Source: a virus
Reading direction: 5' to 3' (one strand)
DNA length: 64,000 bases
Virus record (IMG/VR): IMGVR_UViG_3300046787_000099
Span: 47,974-111,973 of that record
Below, piece by piece: positions 50,873 through 59,875 of this stretch; the first letter of the stretch is position 1; each line of letters begins with the position of its first letter. Both the position numbers and the translations under genes were made by a program. The notes under the pieces were generated by a model. That model worked only from the letters and a program-made list of their open reading frames with translations. It did not search any database and was not told the origin of the DNA.

Positions 50873-52723
50873 ATGGATTTAGGATTAGAAGCGTTAAGTA
50901 AAATTACTGTATTCAGTAAGTATGCAAAGTTTATTCCTAGTAAGAATAGACGTGAAACATGGGATGAGATTGTCAATCGTTATGAAGACATGATGATCAA
51001 GAAGTACCCATTCTTAAGTCAGGCTATCGTAGAGACAGCCAAGATGATTAGAGACAAGAAGATCCTTCCATCTATGAGAGCATTACAGTTTGCTGGTCCA
51101 GCAGCTGAGGTGAACAATGCTCGTATCTACAACTGTTGCTATCTACCTATTGACAGCTTACATAGTTTCTCTGAGTCTATGTTCTTGTTGTTAGGTGGTA
51201 CAGGTGTAGGTTACTCAGTACAACGTCACCATGTATCACAATTACCAGCTATCACTAAACCAGGCAAAGCTCGTAACTATCTGATTGAGGATTCTATCAT
51301 GGGATGGGCTGATGCAATCAAGGTGTTAATGAAAGCTTACCTAGAAGGTGGGTTCATGCCTAAGTTTGACTTCCGTGCTATTCGTGAGAAAGGTGCAACA
51401 TTGGTAACAGCAGGTGGTAAAGCACCAGGTCCTGAGCCATTGAAGCTATGCCTGACACACGTTCAAGCTCTCTTAGATAGAAAGCATGAGGGAGAAACAT
51501 TATCTCCTCTAGAATGCCATGATATCTTATGTCACATTGCTAACTCTGTACTTGCTGGTGGTATTCGTAGATCAGCTATGATCTCTCTATTTGATCACGA
51601 TGATGAAGAGATGATTACATCTAAGTATGGTAACTGGTGGGAGACTAATGAGCAACGTGGTAGAGCTAACAACTCAGCTGTATTACAACGTGGTGACATC
51701 AGTGAAGAAACATTCATGAACTTATGGAAGCGTGTAGAAGCGTCTGGATCAGGAGAGCCTGGTATCTACTGGACTAACAACAAAGATTGGGGAACTAATC
51801 CATGTTGTGAGATTGCTCTACGTCCTTATCAGTTCTGTAACTTATGTGAGGTGAATGTATCTGATGTAACAGACCAAGAAGACCTGAATGCTCGTGTGGC
51901 AGCAGCTGCTTTCTTTGGTACATTACAAGCAGGATTTACTGACTTCCATTACTTACGTCCTATCTGGGCTAAGACAACACAGAAAGATGCTCTATTAGGT
52001 ATTGGTATGACAGGTATTGGTTCAGGAGAAATCTTGAAATACGATCTTGAGATTGCTGCTGAAGTAGCTAAGACTGTGAACAGATTAATCACTGAGAAGA
52101 CTGGTACAAACGAGGCAGCTCGTATCACTTGTATCAAACCATCAGGAACTACATCACTAGTGTTAGGAACAGCATCTGGTATTCATGCTTGGCATAATGA
52201 CTATTACTTACGTACAATGCGTTTCAACAAGAATGAAGACATTGCTATGTACTTAATGGAGAATCATCCTGAGCTATGTGAAGATGATGTGTTACGTCCT
52301 ACAGACACTGTATGTGTACGTATTCCAGTAAAAGCACCAGAAGGATCTATCTTCCGTACTGAGACAGCACATGATACATTAGAACGTGTAAAGCATTTCT
52401 CTACAGAGTGGATTAAGAATGGTCATGTTGATGGAGACAACACTCACAATGTAAGTGCTACAATATCTATCAAGGATGATGAGTGGCCTTCAGTAGGTCA
52501 GTGGATGTGGGATAACCGTGAGTTCTATAATGGACTATCAGTATTAAACTACTGGGGTGGTTCATACCAACAAGCTCCTTTTGAAGACATCACTGAAGAA
52601 GATTACAATTCACGAATTGTAAAACTTAAAGAGTTAGACTTAACTAAAGTAACAGAGAAAGATGACAATGTTGAATTCGGACAAGTTGCAGCCTGTGCAG
52701 GAGGAGCCTGTAGCATTGATTAA
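50873..52723 (+). CDS. nrdJ: Class II (adenosylcobalamin-dependent) ribonucleotide reductase, monomeric type
   Basis: LPSMR, YNCCY, GIRRSA, TNPCCEI, CIKPSGT, C-terminal CAGGAC; no NrdB nearby. Confidence 0.88.
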   Translation: MDLGLEALSKITVFSKYAKFIPSKNRRETWDEIVNRYEDMMIKKYPFLSQAIVETAKMIRDKKILPSMRALQFAGPAAEVNNARIYNCCYLPIDSLHSFSESMFLLLGGTGVGYSVQRHHVSQLPAITKPGKARNYLIEDSIMGWADAIKVLMKAYLEGGFMPKFDFRAIREKGATLVTAGGKAPGPEPLKLCLTHVQALLDRKHEGETLSPLECHDILCHIANSVLAGGIRRSAMISLFDHDDEEMITSKYGNWWETNEQRGRANNSAVLQRGDISEETFMNLWKRVEASGSGEPGIYWTNNKDWGTNPCCEIALRPYQFCNLCEVNVSDVTDQEDLNARVAAAAFFGTLQAGFTDFHYLRPIWAKTTQKDALLGIGMTGIGSGEILKYDLEIAAEVAKTVNRLITEKTGTNEAARITCIKPSGTTSLVLGTASGIHAWHNDYYLRTMRFNKNEDIAMYLMENHPELCEDDVLRPTDTVCVRIPVKAPEGSIFRTETAHDTLERVKHFSTEWIKNGHVDGDNTHNVSATISIKDDEWPSVGQWMWDNREFYNGLSVLNYWGGSYQQAPFEDITEEDYNSRIVKLKELDLTKVTEKDDNVEFGQVAACAGGACSID

Positions 52724-52832
52724 ACCATTATCCAGTGAGTATCTCTCTAGTAGAGGTACTTGCTGTGGAAATCATTGCAAAAATTGCCCTTACTATCCAA
52801 GATTTGTAGCAGGGACAAGAACAAAGAATTAG
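52662..52832 (+). CDS. Small Cys-rich protein (DUF5522-like)
   Basis: ...YLSSRGTCCGNHCKNCPYYP...; overlaps the RNR 3' end; start uncertain. Confidence 0.55.
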   Translation: MTMLNSDKLQPVQEEPVALIKPLSSEYLSSRGTCCGNHCKNCPYYPRFVAGTRTKN

Positions 52833-52857
52833 TGTTTATTATTTTGATTGTGTAGTC

Positions 52858-52897
52858 AAATAGCCTAGGTGTTTTACGTCTAGGCTATTTCTTTTTT
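52858..52897 (+). terminator. Rho-independent terminator
   Basis: AAATAGCCTAG/CTAGGCTATTT then CTTTTTT. Confidence 0.8.
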
Positions 52898-52941
52898 CAG
52901 TTAATTTTCGTAAATTTAAGAAACAAAAAAACATAAATAGA

Positions 52942-54027
52942 ATGGCTAAGAAGCAAGTAGAAACAGACGGAAAGTCTAAGTTTGAAGCAGCGTTAGATGC
53001 TCTAAACAAGAAGTATGGTGCAGGTACTGTCCTAACATTAGGCAGTAAAACTGATGGAGATTATGATGTTATCTCTACAGGATCAATTGGATTCGATCAC
53101 ATCACATTAGGTACAGGTGGCTTTGTAAAAGGTAAGCTGTATGAGCTAATGGGCTGGGAGGGTAGCGGCAAATCAACAGTGTGTGGTCATGCTGTAGCTA
53201 ACTGTCAGAAGACTGGTGGTACAGTGTTGTATATCGATGGTGAGCATGCTGTAGATAAGAAGTATTTCGAAGCATTAGGTGTTGATACATCTAAGATGTT
53301 GATTGCTCAGCCTACATGTGGTGAGGAGGGTTTCCAGATTGCTATGGATATGATTGAGACAGGAGATATTGATCTTGTTATCATTGACTCAGATTCATCA
53401 TTGATTCCTAAGAAGATGTTAGATGGTGATGTAGGTGATAGCACTATCGGTAGAAAAGCTCTATTGAATAGTAATGCATATCCTAAGTTAAAAGGTGCAC
53501 TATCAGAACACAACGTATGTGTGATTGTTGTATCTCAGTATCGTGAGAAGATTGGTATGATGTTTGGTAATCCCACTACAACTCAGGGTGGTCATGCATT
53601 GAAGTTCTACTCAGATGTTCGTGTAGAGGTGAGTAAATCAGCAGCAAAAGACGGTGATGTTCAGTATGGTAATGTTACCAAGGTGAAAGCTATCAAGAAC
53701 AAGATGTCTCCTCCTTACAGACTACATGCATTTGAGATTGTGTATGGTGTAGGTATTGATAAGATGCTAGAGATTATGGAAATGGCTAGTGACTTTGAAA
53801 TCTTACGTAAGTATGGTAAGACTATCACATACAAGGAGACTAAGTATCCTGTAGATGAGTTCAGAACTTTACTAGAAGACAATGAAGAGTTCTTCAATCA
53901 ATTACGTCAAGATATCATTGACAAGATTAATCAAACAGAATTAGCTGTTGAAGAACCTACAGCTGAAGAGCCAGTAGCAGAAGCAAAGTTAAACTTAAAC
54001 TTATTCGAAGATGAAAGTATTATTTAA
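52942..54027 (+). CDS. recA: RecA recombinase
   Basis: ISTGS, GWEGSGKST, IDGEHA, SQYREKIG, GGHALKFYS, KNKMSPP. Confidence 0.92.
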   Translation: MAKKQVETDGKSKFEAALDALNKKYGAGTVLTLGSKTDGDYDVISTGSIGFDHITLGTGGFVKGKLYELMGWEGSGKSTVCGHAVANCQKTGGTVLYIDGEHAVDKKYFEALGVDTSKMLIAQPTCGEEGFQIAMDMIETGDIDLVIIDSDSSLIPKKMLDGDVGDSTIGRKALLNSNAYPKLKGALSEHNVCVIVVSQYREKIGMMFGNPTTTQGGHALKFYSDVRVEVSKSAAKDGDVQYGNVTKVKAIKNKMSPPYRLHAFEIVYGVGIDKMLEIMEMASDFEILRKYGKTITYKETKYPVDEFRTLLEDNEEFFNQLRQDIIDKINQTELAVEEPTAEEPVAEAKLNLNLFEDESII

Positions 54028-54439
54028 GAAGTTGCATCCTGAGGCCGTTAAGCCTAAGTTTGGTAAGCCAGGAGATGCAGGTGCAGATCTTGTAGCTACA
54101 TCAGTTGATTTCTCTAGAGATAGTAACAGTCAAATAGTATATGGCACAGGACTTGCAGTAGAGATACCAGAAGGAATGGTGGGACTTGTATTCCCACGTT
54201 CCTCTATACGTAACTATGATCTTGTACTAAGTAATGGTGTAGGTGTAATCGATAGTGGATATAGAGGTGAGATCATGGCTACTTTTAATCTAAAGAATCC
54301 ATGGGCAGATATCTATAAAGTAGGTGATCGTATTGCTCAGTTAGTAATTGTACCTGTGCCACTAATCACTTATGCTGAGACACAGGAGTTATCAGAAACT
54401 ACTAGAGGAACAGGAGGACATGGCTCAACTGGAGTCTGA
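54011..54439 (+). CDS. dut: Trimeric dUTPase
   Basis: AGADL, PRSS, GVIDSGYRGE, GDRIAQL, RGTGGHGSTG. Confidence 0.95.
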   Translation: MKVLFKKLHPEAVKPKFGKPGDAGADLVATSVDFSRDSNSQIVYGTGLAVEIPEGMVGLVFPRSSIRNYDLVLSNGVGVIDSGYRGEIMATFNLKNPWADIYKVGDRIAQLVIVPVPLITYAETQELSETTRGTGGHGSTGV

Positions 54440-54505
54440 TTATTTTCCAGTAACTTTCTTGCAATTGTTAAATAATATACATATCTTTATTAAAAAATAT
54501 TAGAT

Positions 54506-55141
54506 ATGAATGTTAAAATTGGATCTCAGGTAGGTAACTGGAAAGTTACCTCTGAGAAATATAAGAAAGATAATATTTACTGGAATGATTGTGAGTGTGT
54601 GTGCGGTAAAATTAGTTCTATAAGAACTTGGCATCTTAACAACAGTAAAACTAAAGGTTGCGGATGTACCAATATAAAAGGTAGATTTCCATCAAAGTGT
54701 GTTGGAGATTTGTCAAGTTCTTATGTTAGTACAATAAAGTATAAACGTACTAGTAAAGGAATGATTTTCTCTGAAGAAGTTACTATGGAATATCTATGGG
54801 AATTGTTTCAGAAACAAAATGGTAAGTGTGCTATATCTGCAATACCTATATTTCTAAATCCTAGATGGTCAGAACAGAATAAAGGAGGTAAGACAGACAT
54901 AATACAAACAGCATCACTTGATAGAATCAATAGCTACAAAGGTTATGAGATAGGCAATGTGCAGTGGGTACATAAAGACATTAACATGATGAAAGGATCA
55001 ATCAATCAGAATGATTTCATTATGTTTTGTAAAAAAGTAGCTGAACATAATATCAATAATGATTATGATGTAGATTTTGAAGGACCTTTGAAGTATTATA
55101 AAATCAACAGAAAAGATGAGTCTAGGAGCACGGGAGTGTAG
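54506..55141 (+). mobile_element. Free-standing HNH-type homing endonuclease
   Basis: CECVCG..GCGC N-terminal module, QNGKCAIS, SLDRINSYKGYEIGNVQWV..INMMK; has its own promoter-like TATCTTTA. Confidence 0.75.
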
Positions 55142-55511
55142 CATAGATGGCTGTAAGAACAGAGTTTGGTCTAAGGGGGTGTGTAGAAATCACATCCCCA
55201 AAGAATCAATGAGTAGAGGGACAGCAAAAGCTCCTCGTACAGAACCAAACCCCATGCATGTTTTCTTTAAGCAGATATGGAAAGAACGTAAACACTATTC
55301 TGAACTTAGTGGAATCTATCTAGGATCAGAAGCAATGTCAACATTCTTTCACCACATACTCCCTAAAGAGAAATATCCAGAGCAGGCATATGATAAATCT
55401 AATATTATTTTGCTAACTTTGGATGAGCATACTAATGTAGAGAATGATATCTATAAGTATGAGAAGATTAATCAGTTAAGAATACAACTATTAAACAACA
55501 TAAACCAATGA
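55116..55511 (+). CDS. Zinc-finger plus HNH-like protein
   Basis: CSIDGC...GVCRNH; FHHILPK...NIILLTLDEH. Confidence 0.55.
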   Translation: MSLGARECSIDGCKNRVWSKGVCRNHIPKESMSRGTAKAPRTEPNPMHVFFKQIWKERKHYSELSGIYLGSEAMSTFFHHILPKEKYPEQAYDKSNIILLTLDEHTNVENDIYKYEKINQLRIQLLNNINQ

Positions 55512-55858
55512 CAGTAGAACAAATTGCACAAGTATGTCATGAAATCAATAAAGCTTATTGTGAAGCTTTAGGTGACAATACTCAAGTTGCTTGGGAAGAG
55601 GCTCCTGAGTGGCAAAAAACATCAGCAATCAATGGTGTAAAATTTCACATTGACAATCCTGATGCTGGACCAGAAGCATCTCATAATGCTTGGTTTGATG
55701 AAAAAATTCTTGATGGATGGGATTATGGTAAAGTAAAAGATGTAGAGAACAAGTATCATCCATGTCTTGTTCATTTTAGTAGATTACCTAAAGAACAACA
55801 AGCAAAAGATTATTTATTTAGACAAGTAGTACATTCATTATTAAACCAAACAAACTAA
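55508..55858 (+). CDS. RyR-domain protein
   Basis: SHNAWFDEKILDGWDYGKVKD..KYHPCLV.F..LPKEQQAKD. Confidence 0.75.
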   Translation: MTVEQIAQVCHEINKAYCEALGDNTQVAWEEAPEWQKTSAINGVKFHIDNPDAGPEASHNAWFDEKILDGWDYGKVKDVENKYHPCLVHFSRLPKEQQAKDYLFRQVVHSLLNQTN

Positions 55859-56138
55859 TGACAAACCAATTCTTTTACACTCGTAAAGATGGAGATACTG
55901 TATACACAGACTCTTTCAACATCAACAAGGTAATTCGTACAGTACAAACTGGTGAAGATGAGCTATTAGTATTACTAGATGACATCCACGAACGTGTTGT
56001 GGAAACTCCAAACATCAATCCTAAGACTAACAAGATGGTAGGCATCTCACGTAAGCGTGATGTATACCAATCAGAGATTCACTTACATGGTGAAGATATT
56101 GCACGATTCAAAAGCACAACCAACATATCATTAATCTA

Positions 56139-56426
56139 ATGGCAGATTTCAAATTATTACGTGGCAATAGAATATTGCTAGACCTTCCTAAGAAGGAAGA
56201 AGGTAAACTCATTGTAGATGAGAACACAAAGGAAGCTCTTGAGAAAGAGATGATGCAGAAGCTAAACAAACTTACAGTGTACTCTGTAGGTGATTTAGTT
56301 ACAGACATCAAAGCAGGTGATGTTATCTTAGTAGATCCATCAGCTTTACAGAAAGCACCAGTGATTCCTATTGGTGGAGACAACAAGTTATTAGTATCAC
56401 CATTTGACGTGATTTTGGTTTGGTAA
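56139..56426 (+). CDS. GroES/Cpn10-like co-chaperonin
   Basis: LRGNRILL...VYSVGDLVTDIKAGDVILV, 95 aa. Confidence 0.6.
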   Translation: MADFKLLRGNRILLDLPKKEEGKLIVDENTKEALEKEMMQKLNKLTVYSVGDLVTDIKAGDVILVDPSALQKAPVIPIGGDNKLLVSPFDVILVW

Positions 56427-57176
56427 ATGGAATACATCACATGCCATATAGGAGGTAGACTTGGTAACAACTTGTTTATGATTGCTAATGCTTATGCAAG
56501 AGCACTAGATGAGAATAAACGTTTTGTTGTTTACAAAGACTATCTCACATATGGCAGTGATGACTATCCTGCTAACATCTTTAGAAAGATTGATCTAGTA
56601 GAAGAACTAGACAGGTCACAGCAGGCATATGTAGGATACTTTCAGAGTGAGTCATACTTTGATAAGTATAGTGAGAACATCAAGTCTCTATTCAGTTATC
56701 CTCTTGAGTTTGAACAAAGAATACGTACAGAGCTACCATTCATATTTGATGGTGGTGTAACAGTAGTCAATGTTCGTAGAGGTGACTATCTACATTCCCC
56801 CAACTATCATCCCGTAGTAACTCCAGAATATCTTTACAAAGCAAACGAGTGGATTCCCAACACCACACATTATCTAATTGCTAGTGATGATATTCCTTGG
56901 TGTAAGGAGAACTTACAGTTCCCTAACGCAACGTATCTAGAAGGATACAACAGCTATGAGCAGTTATGGATATTATCCATGTGCCAGAACTTTATCATAT
57001 CCAACTCATCATTCTCTTGGTGGGCTGCATATCTCTCAAGACATCCTAACAAAATTGTTGTAGCACCTGAAACATGGTTTGGTCCAGAGTATCCACATGA
57101 TTGGGATTCTATGTATTGTAAAGATTGGATCATTGTACCAACCTATTTTGAACAAGGCTTAATTAAACCAAAATGA
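56427..57176 (+). CDS. GT11 alpha-1,2-fucosyltransferase-like glycosyltransferase
   Basis: GGRLGNNLF, GYFQSESYF, VRRGDY, SDDIPWC, IISNSSFSWW. Confidence 0.9.
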   Translation: MEYITCHIGGRLGNNLFMIANAYARALDENKRFVVYKDYLTYGSDDYPANIFRKIDLVEELDRSQQAYVGYFQSESYFDKYSENIKSLFSYPLEFEQRIRTELPFIFDGGVTVVNVRRGDYLHSPNYHPVVTPEYLYKANEWIPNTTHYLIASDDIPWCKENLQFPNATYLEGYNSYEQLWILSMCQNFIISNSSFSWWAAYLSRHPNKIVVAPETWFGPEYPHDWDSMYCKDWIIVPTYFEQGLIKPK

Positions 57177-57868
57177 TATCAGTATTAACTATTACCTACA
57201 AGAGGCATCACCTTCTTGAGGAGGCTATCGAATCTTTCTTAAGACAAGATTGCAAAGACTGTGAGATGGTTGTTGTGAATGACAACCCAGAAGTAGATTA
57301 TATCTATGAACACGAGAGAGTGAAGATCATTAACTGCAAAGAAAGATTCCCATCCATAGCATCTAAGCTAGAGTGGGGATACAAGCAGTGCAAGCATGAC
57401 TACATCTATCGTCTGGATGATGATGATTTGTTAGCTTCATGGGCTCTTGAGAATGTCAAAGCAGATATATTAGCTAATCCAGGATATGAGATCTACAGAA
57501 GCAGAGGAATGTATTTCTTTGTTAACAATGAGTTTCAGAAAGAGGATAGCAATATCAACAATGGTAATGTGTATACTAAAGCTTACCTAGACAGGATCAA
57601 GTTTCCTGATAAGAGTGGAGATGAAGATATGTACATCACGTTCAGAAATGATGCTAGTATCTATGAATCTAAGTTAAAGCACACCATGTTGTACAGATGG
57701 GGCATGAACACCCTACATATATCAGGCATGGGTATCCAACCTAATGAGGTAGTGTTAGCAAAGGCTGATGAAATGTTAGATAACACTAGAGGAGAGATGA
57801 AACTCAATCCTCACTTTGATAATGACTACTATAAACAGTTAGTCAAACCTTATGCATGGCATAGATAG
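57173..57868 (+). CDS. GT2 glycosyltransferase
   Basis: ISVLTITYKR..LLEEAIESFLRQ..VVVND..RLDDDD. Confidence 0.85.
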   Translation: MISVLTITYKRHHLLEEAIESFLRQDCKDCEMVVVNDNPEVDYIYEHERVKIINCKERFPSIASKLEWGYKQCKHDYIYRLDDDDLLASWALENVKADILANPGYEIYRSRGMYFFVNNEFQKEDSNINNGNVYTKAYLDRIKFPDKSGDEDMYITFRNDASIYESKLKHTMLYRWGMNTLHISGMGIQPNEVVLAKADEMLDNTRGEMKLNPHFDNDYYKQLVKPYAWHR

Positions 57869-57900
57869 AAAAGAAAAAGGCTCCCAAAAGGAGCCTTCTT
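57869..57900. terminator. Bidirectional terminator at the convergence point
   Basis: A-tract, AAGGCTCC-CAAAA-GGAGCCTT, then CTT. Confidence 0.75.
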
Positions 57901-57944
57901 ACTTAGTATGAATCACAAAAAATCACAAAATGAAAAACAAGTTG

Positions 57945-58103
57945 TTACTTAGATAGTCTCTTCTGTTTCATAGGAGCCATAGGAGACTTCAATCTCTTTG
58001 GTGTATCAGCTTCCCTCATATAATTACCATTGATTGGTTTAGGAGCTGGTACCTTTGGTGCCTTACGTGGTGCACCTGACTTTTTTGCTTTACCAGCAGT
58101 CAT
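57945..58103 (-). CDS. 52-aa Lys/Pro-rich basic protein
   Basis: MTAGKAKKSGAPRKAPKVPAPKPINGNYMREADTPKRLKSPMAPMKQKRLSK (read manually). Confidence 0.65.
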   Translation of the reverse strand: MTAGKAKKSGAPRKAPKVPAPKPINGNYMREADTPKRLKSPMAPMKQKRLSK

Positions 58104-58104
58104 G

Positions 58105-58461
58105 TTACTTGCAGCCATACTTACATTTCTTTACAGACTTACCCATCTTAGCTTTACCTTTAGTAGCACCTGCGATTTTATCAGCATATGTAGCTTTATC
58201 ATAAGGAGGAGCAAGTTTAGCAAATGATGTACCATCTTGAGCTTTCTTTACTGCACCACCCATTTTCTTCTTAGGTTTAGGCATTGCACCAGAAGGACCT
58301 GAACCAGGACCATCGCCAAATTTAAGGTTTGTTTTCTTCTCTAACTCAAGATCAGCACCTTTAAGTTTGTTATAAGCACCAATTTCACCACCCATTGGTT
58401 TACCTTTTGCTACGAGCTTAGCTTTACCGCCCATTTGCATCTTTTTCTTAATCATTGCCAT
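58105..58461 (-). CDS. Lys/Gly/Met-rich basic protein
   Basis: 118 aa with KKMQMGG, KKKMGG, KAQDG, KAKMG. Confidence 0.7.
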   Translation of the reverse strand: MAMIKKKMQMGGKAKLVAKGKPMGGEIGAYNKLKGADLELEKKTNLKFGDGPGSGPSGAMPKPKKKMGGAVKKAQDGTSFAKLAPPYDKATYADKIAGATKGKAKMGKSVKKCKYGCK

Positions 58462-58463
58462 TG

Positions 58464-58652
58464 TTATTTCTTTTTAGACATTTTAGTTGCACCTAATTGC
58501 TTGTCTTTCTTCAAGACAGCTTTACCCTTAGCACCTGCTAATGTTTTCTCTTGAACCTTAGTCCAAGCACCTTTAGGATCTATAGGTCCTACACGCTTAT
58601 TGGAAGCTTTAAGTCCTGTAAGACTACCTCCTGACTTCTTTGCTGTTGCCAT
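58464..58652 (-). CDS. Lys-rich basic protein
   Basis: 62 aa, MATAKKSGG...MSKKK. Confidence 0.7.
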   Translation of the reverse strand: MATAKKSGGSLTGLKASNKRVGPIDPKGAWTKVQEKTLAGAKGKAVLKKDKQLGATKMSKKK

Positions 58653-58656
58653 TATA

Positions 58657-58809
58657 TTATTTCTTTTTAGTTTGAGCTTTAATCTTCTTTTCCTGCTTTA
58701 ACATTTGAGCAGTTGGTTTCTTACCAGATCCCTTGTTAGCACGGATGTTATCCCACAATCCGCGTTGCGATGTAGAACCATCAGCACGTTTAATCATTTG
58801 CTTTGCCAT
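58657..58809 (-). CDS. 50-aa basic protein
   Basis: MAKQMIKRADGSTSQRGLWDNIRANKGSGKKPTAQMLKQEKKIKAQTKKK (read manually). Confidence 0.65.
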   Translation of the reverse strand: MAKQMIKRADGSTSQRGLWDNIRANKGSGKKPTAQMLKQEKKIKAQTKKK

Positions 58810-58821
58810 AATATTATTAGT

Positions 58822-59094
58822 TTAACAATTCCACTTTCTTAATGCTAATGTCTTACGTGTTGGTTCACCATTAGGTTTCTTTGCAGGTCCTTTAACTCCT
58901 GACATTCTAGCACAAAAAGACTTACGTCTGTTAGCAGCTTTACTTCCTTTCTTCAACTTAGAAGGAGGAGTAGTAACAGCCATCTTTAACTTACTACCAG
59001 GATTCTCACGTCTATAGGACGCTACACCTTTTCTATTCAGTCCACCTTTAGGATCTTTTCCCTCGGACCTTTGCCATGCTGCGCTTTTTGCCAT
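58822..59094 (-). CDS. Basic protein (DUF6321-like)
   Basis: AWQRSEGKDPKGGLN...RRKSFCARM...LRKWNC. Confidence 0.7.
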   Translation of the reverse strand: MAKSAAWQRSEGKDPKGGLNRKGVASYRRENPGSKLKMAVTTPPSKLKKGSKAANRRKSFCARMSGVKGPAKKPNGEPTRKTLALRKWNC

Positions 59095-59455
59095 AATCAG
59101 GATTGTCTTTGTGCCACTTCTTTACAGATGCAACACCTTGTTTAACAGTTTTTGCTCTAGACTTGGCAGTGAGATTAATCTTATCCCACTTACCAGCAGG
59201 AATACCAGCTGTATGATCTACAACTATATCCCCTTTATCACCTATCCCTCTATCAGTAGTTTTCTTAAATACCTTGTGTGTTTGACCACCCACTTTAACA
59301 ATCTTGCCACCAGTCTTTAATGATGTACCATCCTTCTTAATCAGATGTCCATTAGGAACAGGAGTGACATTTCCCCCTTGTTTCAGAACACCTTTACCCA
59401 CATAGGCAGTAGCCTTCTGTGGATTGTATGGACCAGGTTTCTTGATAGATGCCAT
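59048..59455 (-). CDS. Basic protein
   Basis: 135 aa; LKQGG, LKTGG, WDKINLT. Confidence 0.65.
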   Translation of the reverse strand: MASIKKPGPYNPQKATAYVGKGVLKQGGNVTPVPNGHLIKKDGTSLKTGGKIVKVGGQTHKVFKKTTDRGIGDKGDIVVDHTAGIPAGKWDKINLTAKSRAKTVKQGVASVKKWHKDNPDYGKKRSMAKVRGKRS

Positions 59456-59457
59456 GA

Positions 59458-59613
59458 TTACTTACCCTTACGCTTTGCAGCCATTGCTTTAAACGTCTTA
59501 GCTAAAGCCTTACGTTTAGGTGTACATGTAGCTTTGGTCATAGGAGTGCAATATCCTTTGTGTTTAGGATTAACTGCCTTCTGGATCCAGTTCTTGTCTT
59601 TAGCCTTTGCCAT
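59458..59613 (-). CDS. 51-aa basic protein
   Basis: MAKAKDKNWIQKAVNPKHKGYCTPMTKATCTPKRKALAKTFKAMAAKRKGK (read manually). Confidence 0.65.
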   Translation of the reverse strand: MAKAKDKNWIQKAVNPKHKGYCTPMTKATCTPKRKALAKTFKAMAAKRKGK

Positions 59614-59800
59614 ATCTTCTGAATGTTGTATTGGGTTTTACTATAATATCTCTGTGTGTATATTGCCAGAGCTCCCCAGTGGCATTAATAATAACTGTAT
59701 ACATTGTATCAGTCTCATGACCGTACTCAGTAACTAACCATATAATCCCATCACCCTTTGGTGTGGTGACATCTAGTCTATTATGTGGTTCATATATCAT
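59600..59800 (-). CDS. Small SH3-like hypothetical protein
   Basis: Start moved to ATG 59800 to avoid the tRNA; VTTPKGDG...YGHE. Confidence 0.55.
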   Translation of the reverse strand: MIYEPHNRLDVTTPKGDGIIWLVTEYGHETDTMYTVIINATGELWQYTHRDIIVKPNTTFRRYGKG

Positions 59801-59804
59801 ATTG

Positions 59805-59875
59805 CACACCCTAAAGGATTCGAACCTCTACTAACGGTTTTGGAGACCGTTGTGCTACCGTTACACTAAAGATGC
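59805..59875 (-). tRNA. tRNA-Trp (CCA)
   Basis: GCATCTT-TA-GTGT AACGGTA GCAC-A-ACGGT CTCCAAA ACCGT-TAGT-AGAGG TTCGAAT CCTTT-AGGGTGT-G; 3' CCA not encoded. Confidence 0.9.

Noticed and set aside
18716-54027. Introns or inteins in terL, pol, DnaB, RNR or RecA
   Set aside because: All are uninterrupted and of expected length; the endonucleases are free-standing
57911-57930. AATCACAAAA tandem duplication
   Set aside because: Two low-complexity copies with no functional indication
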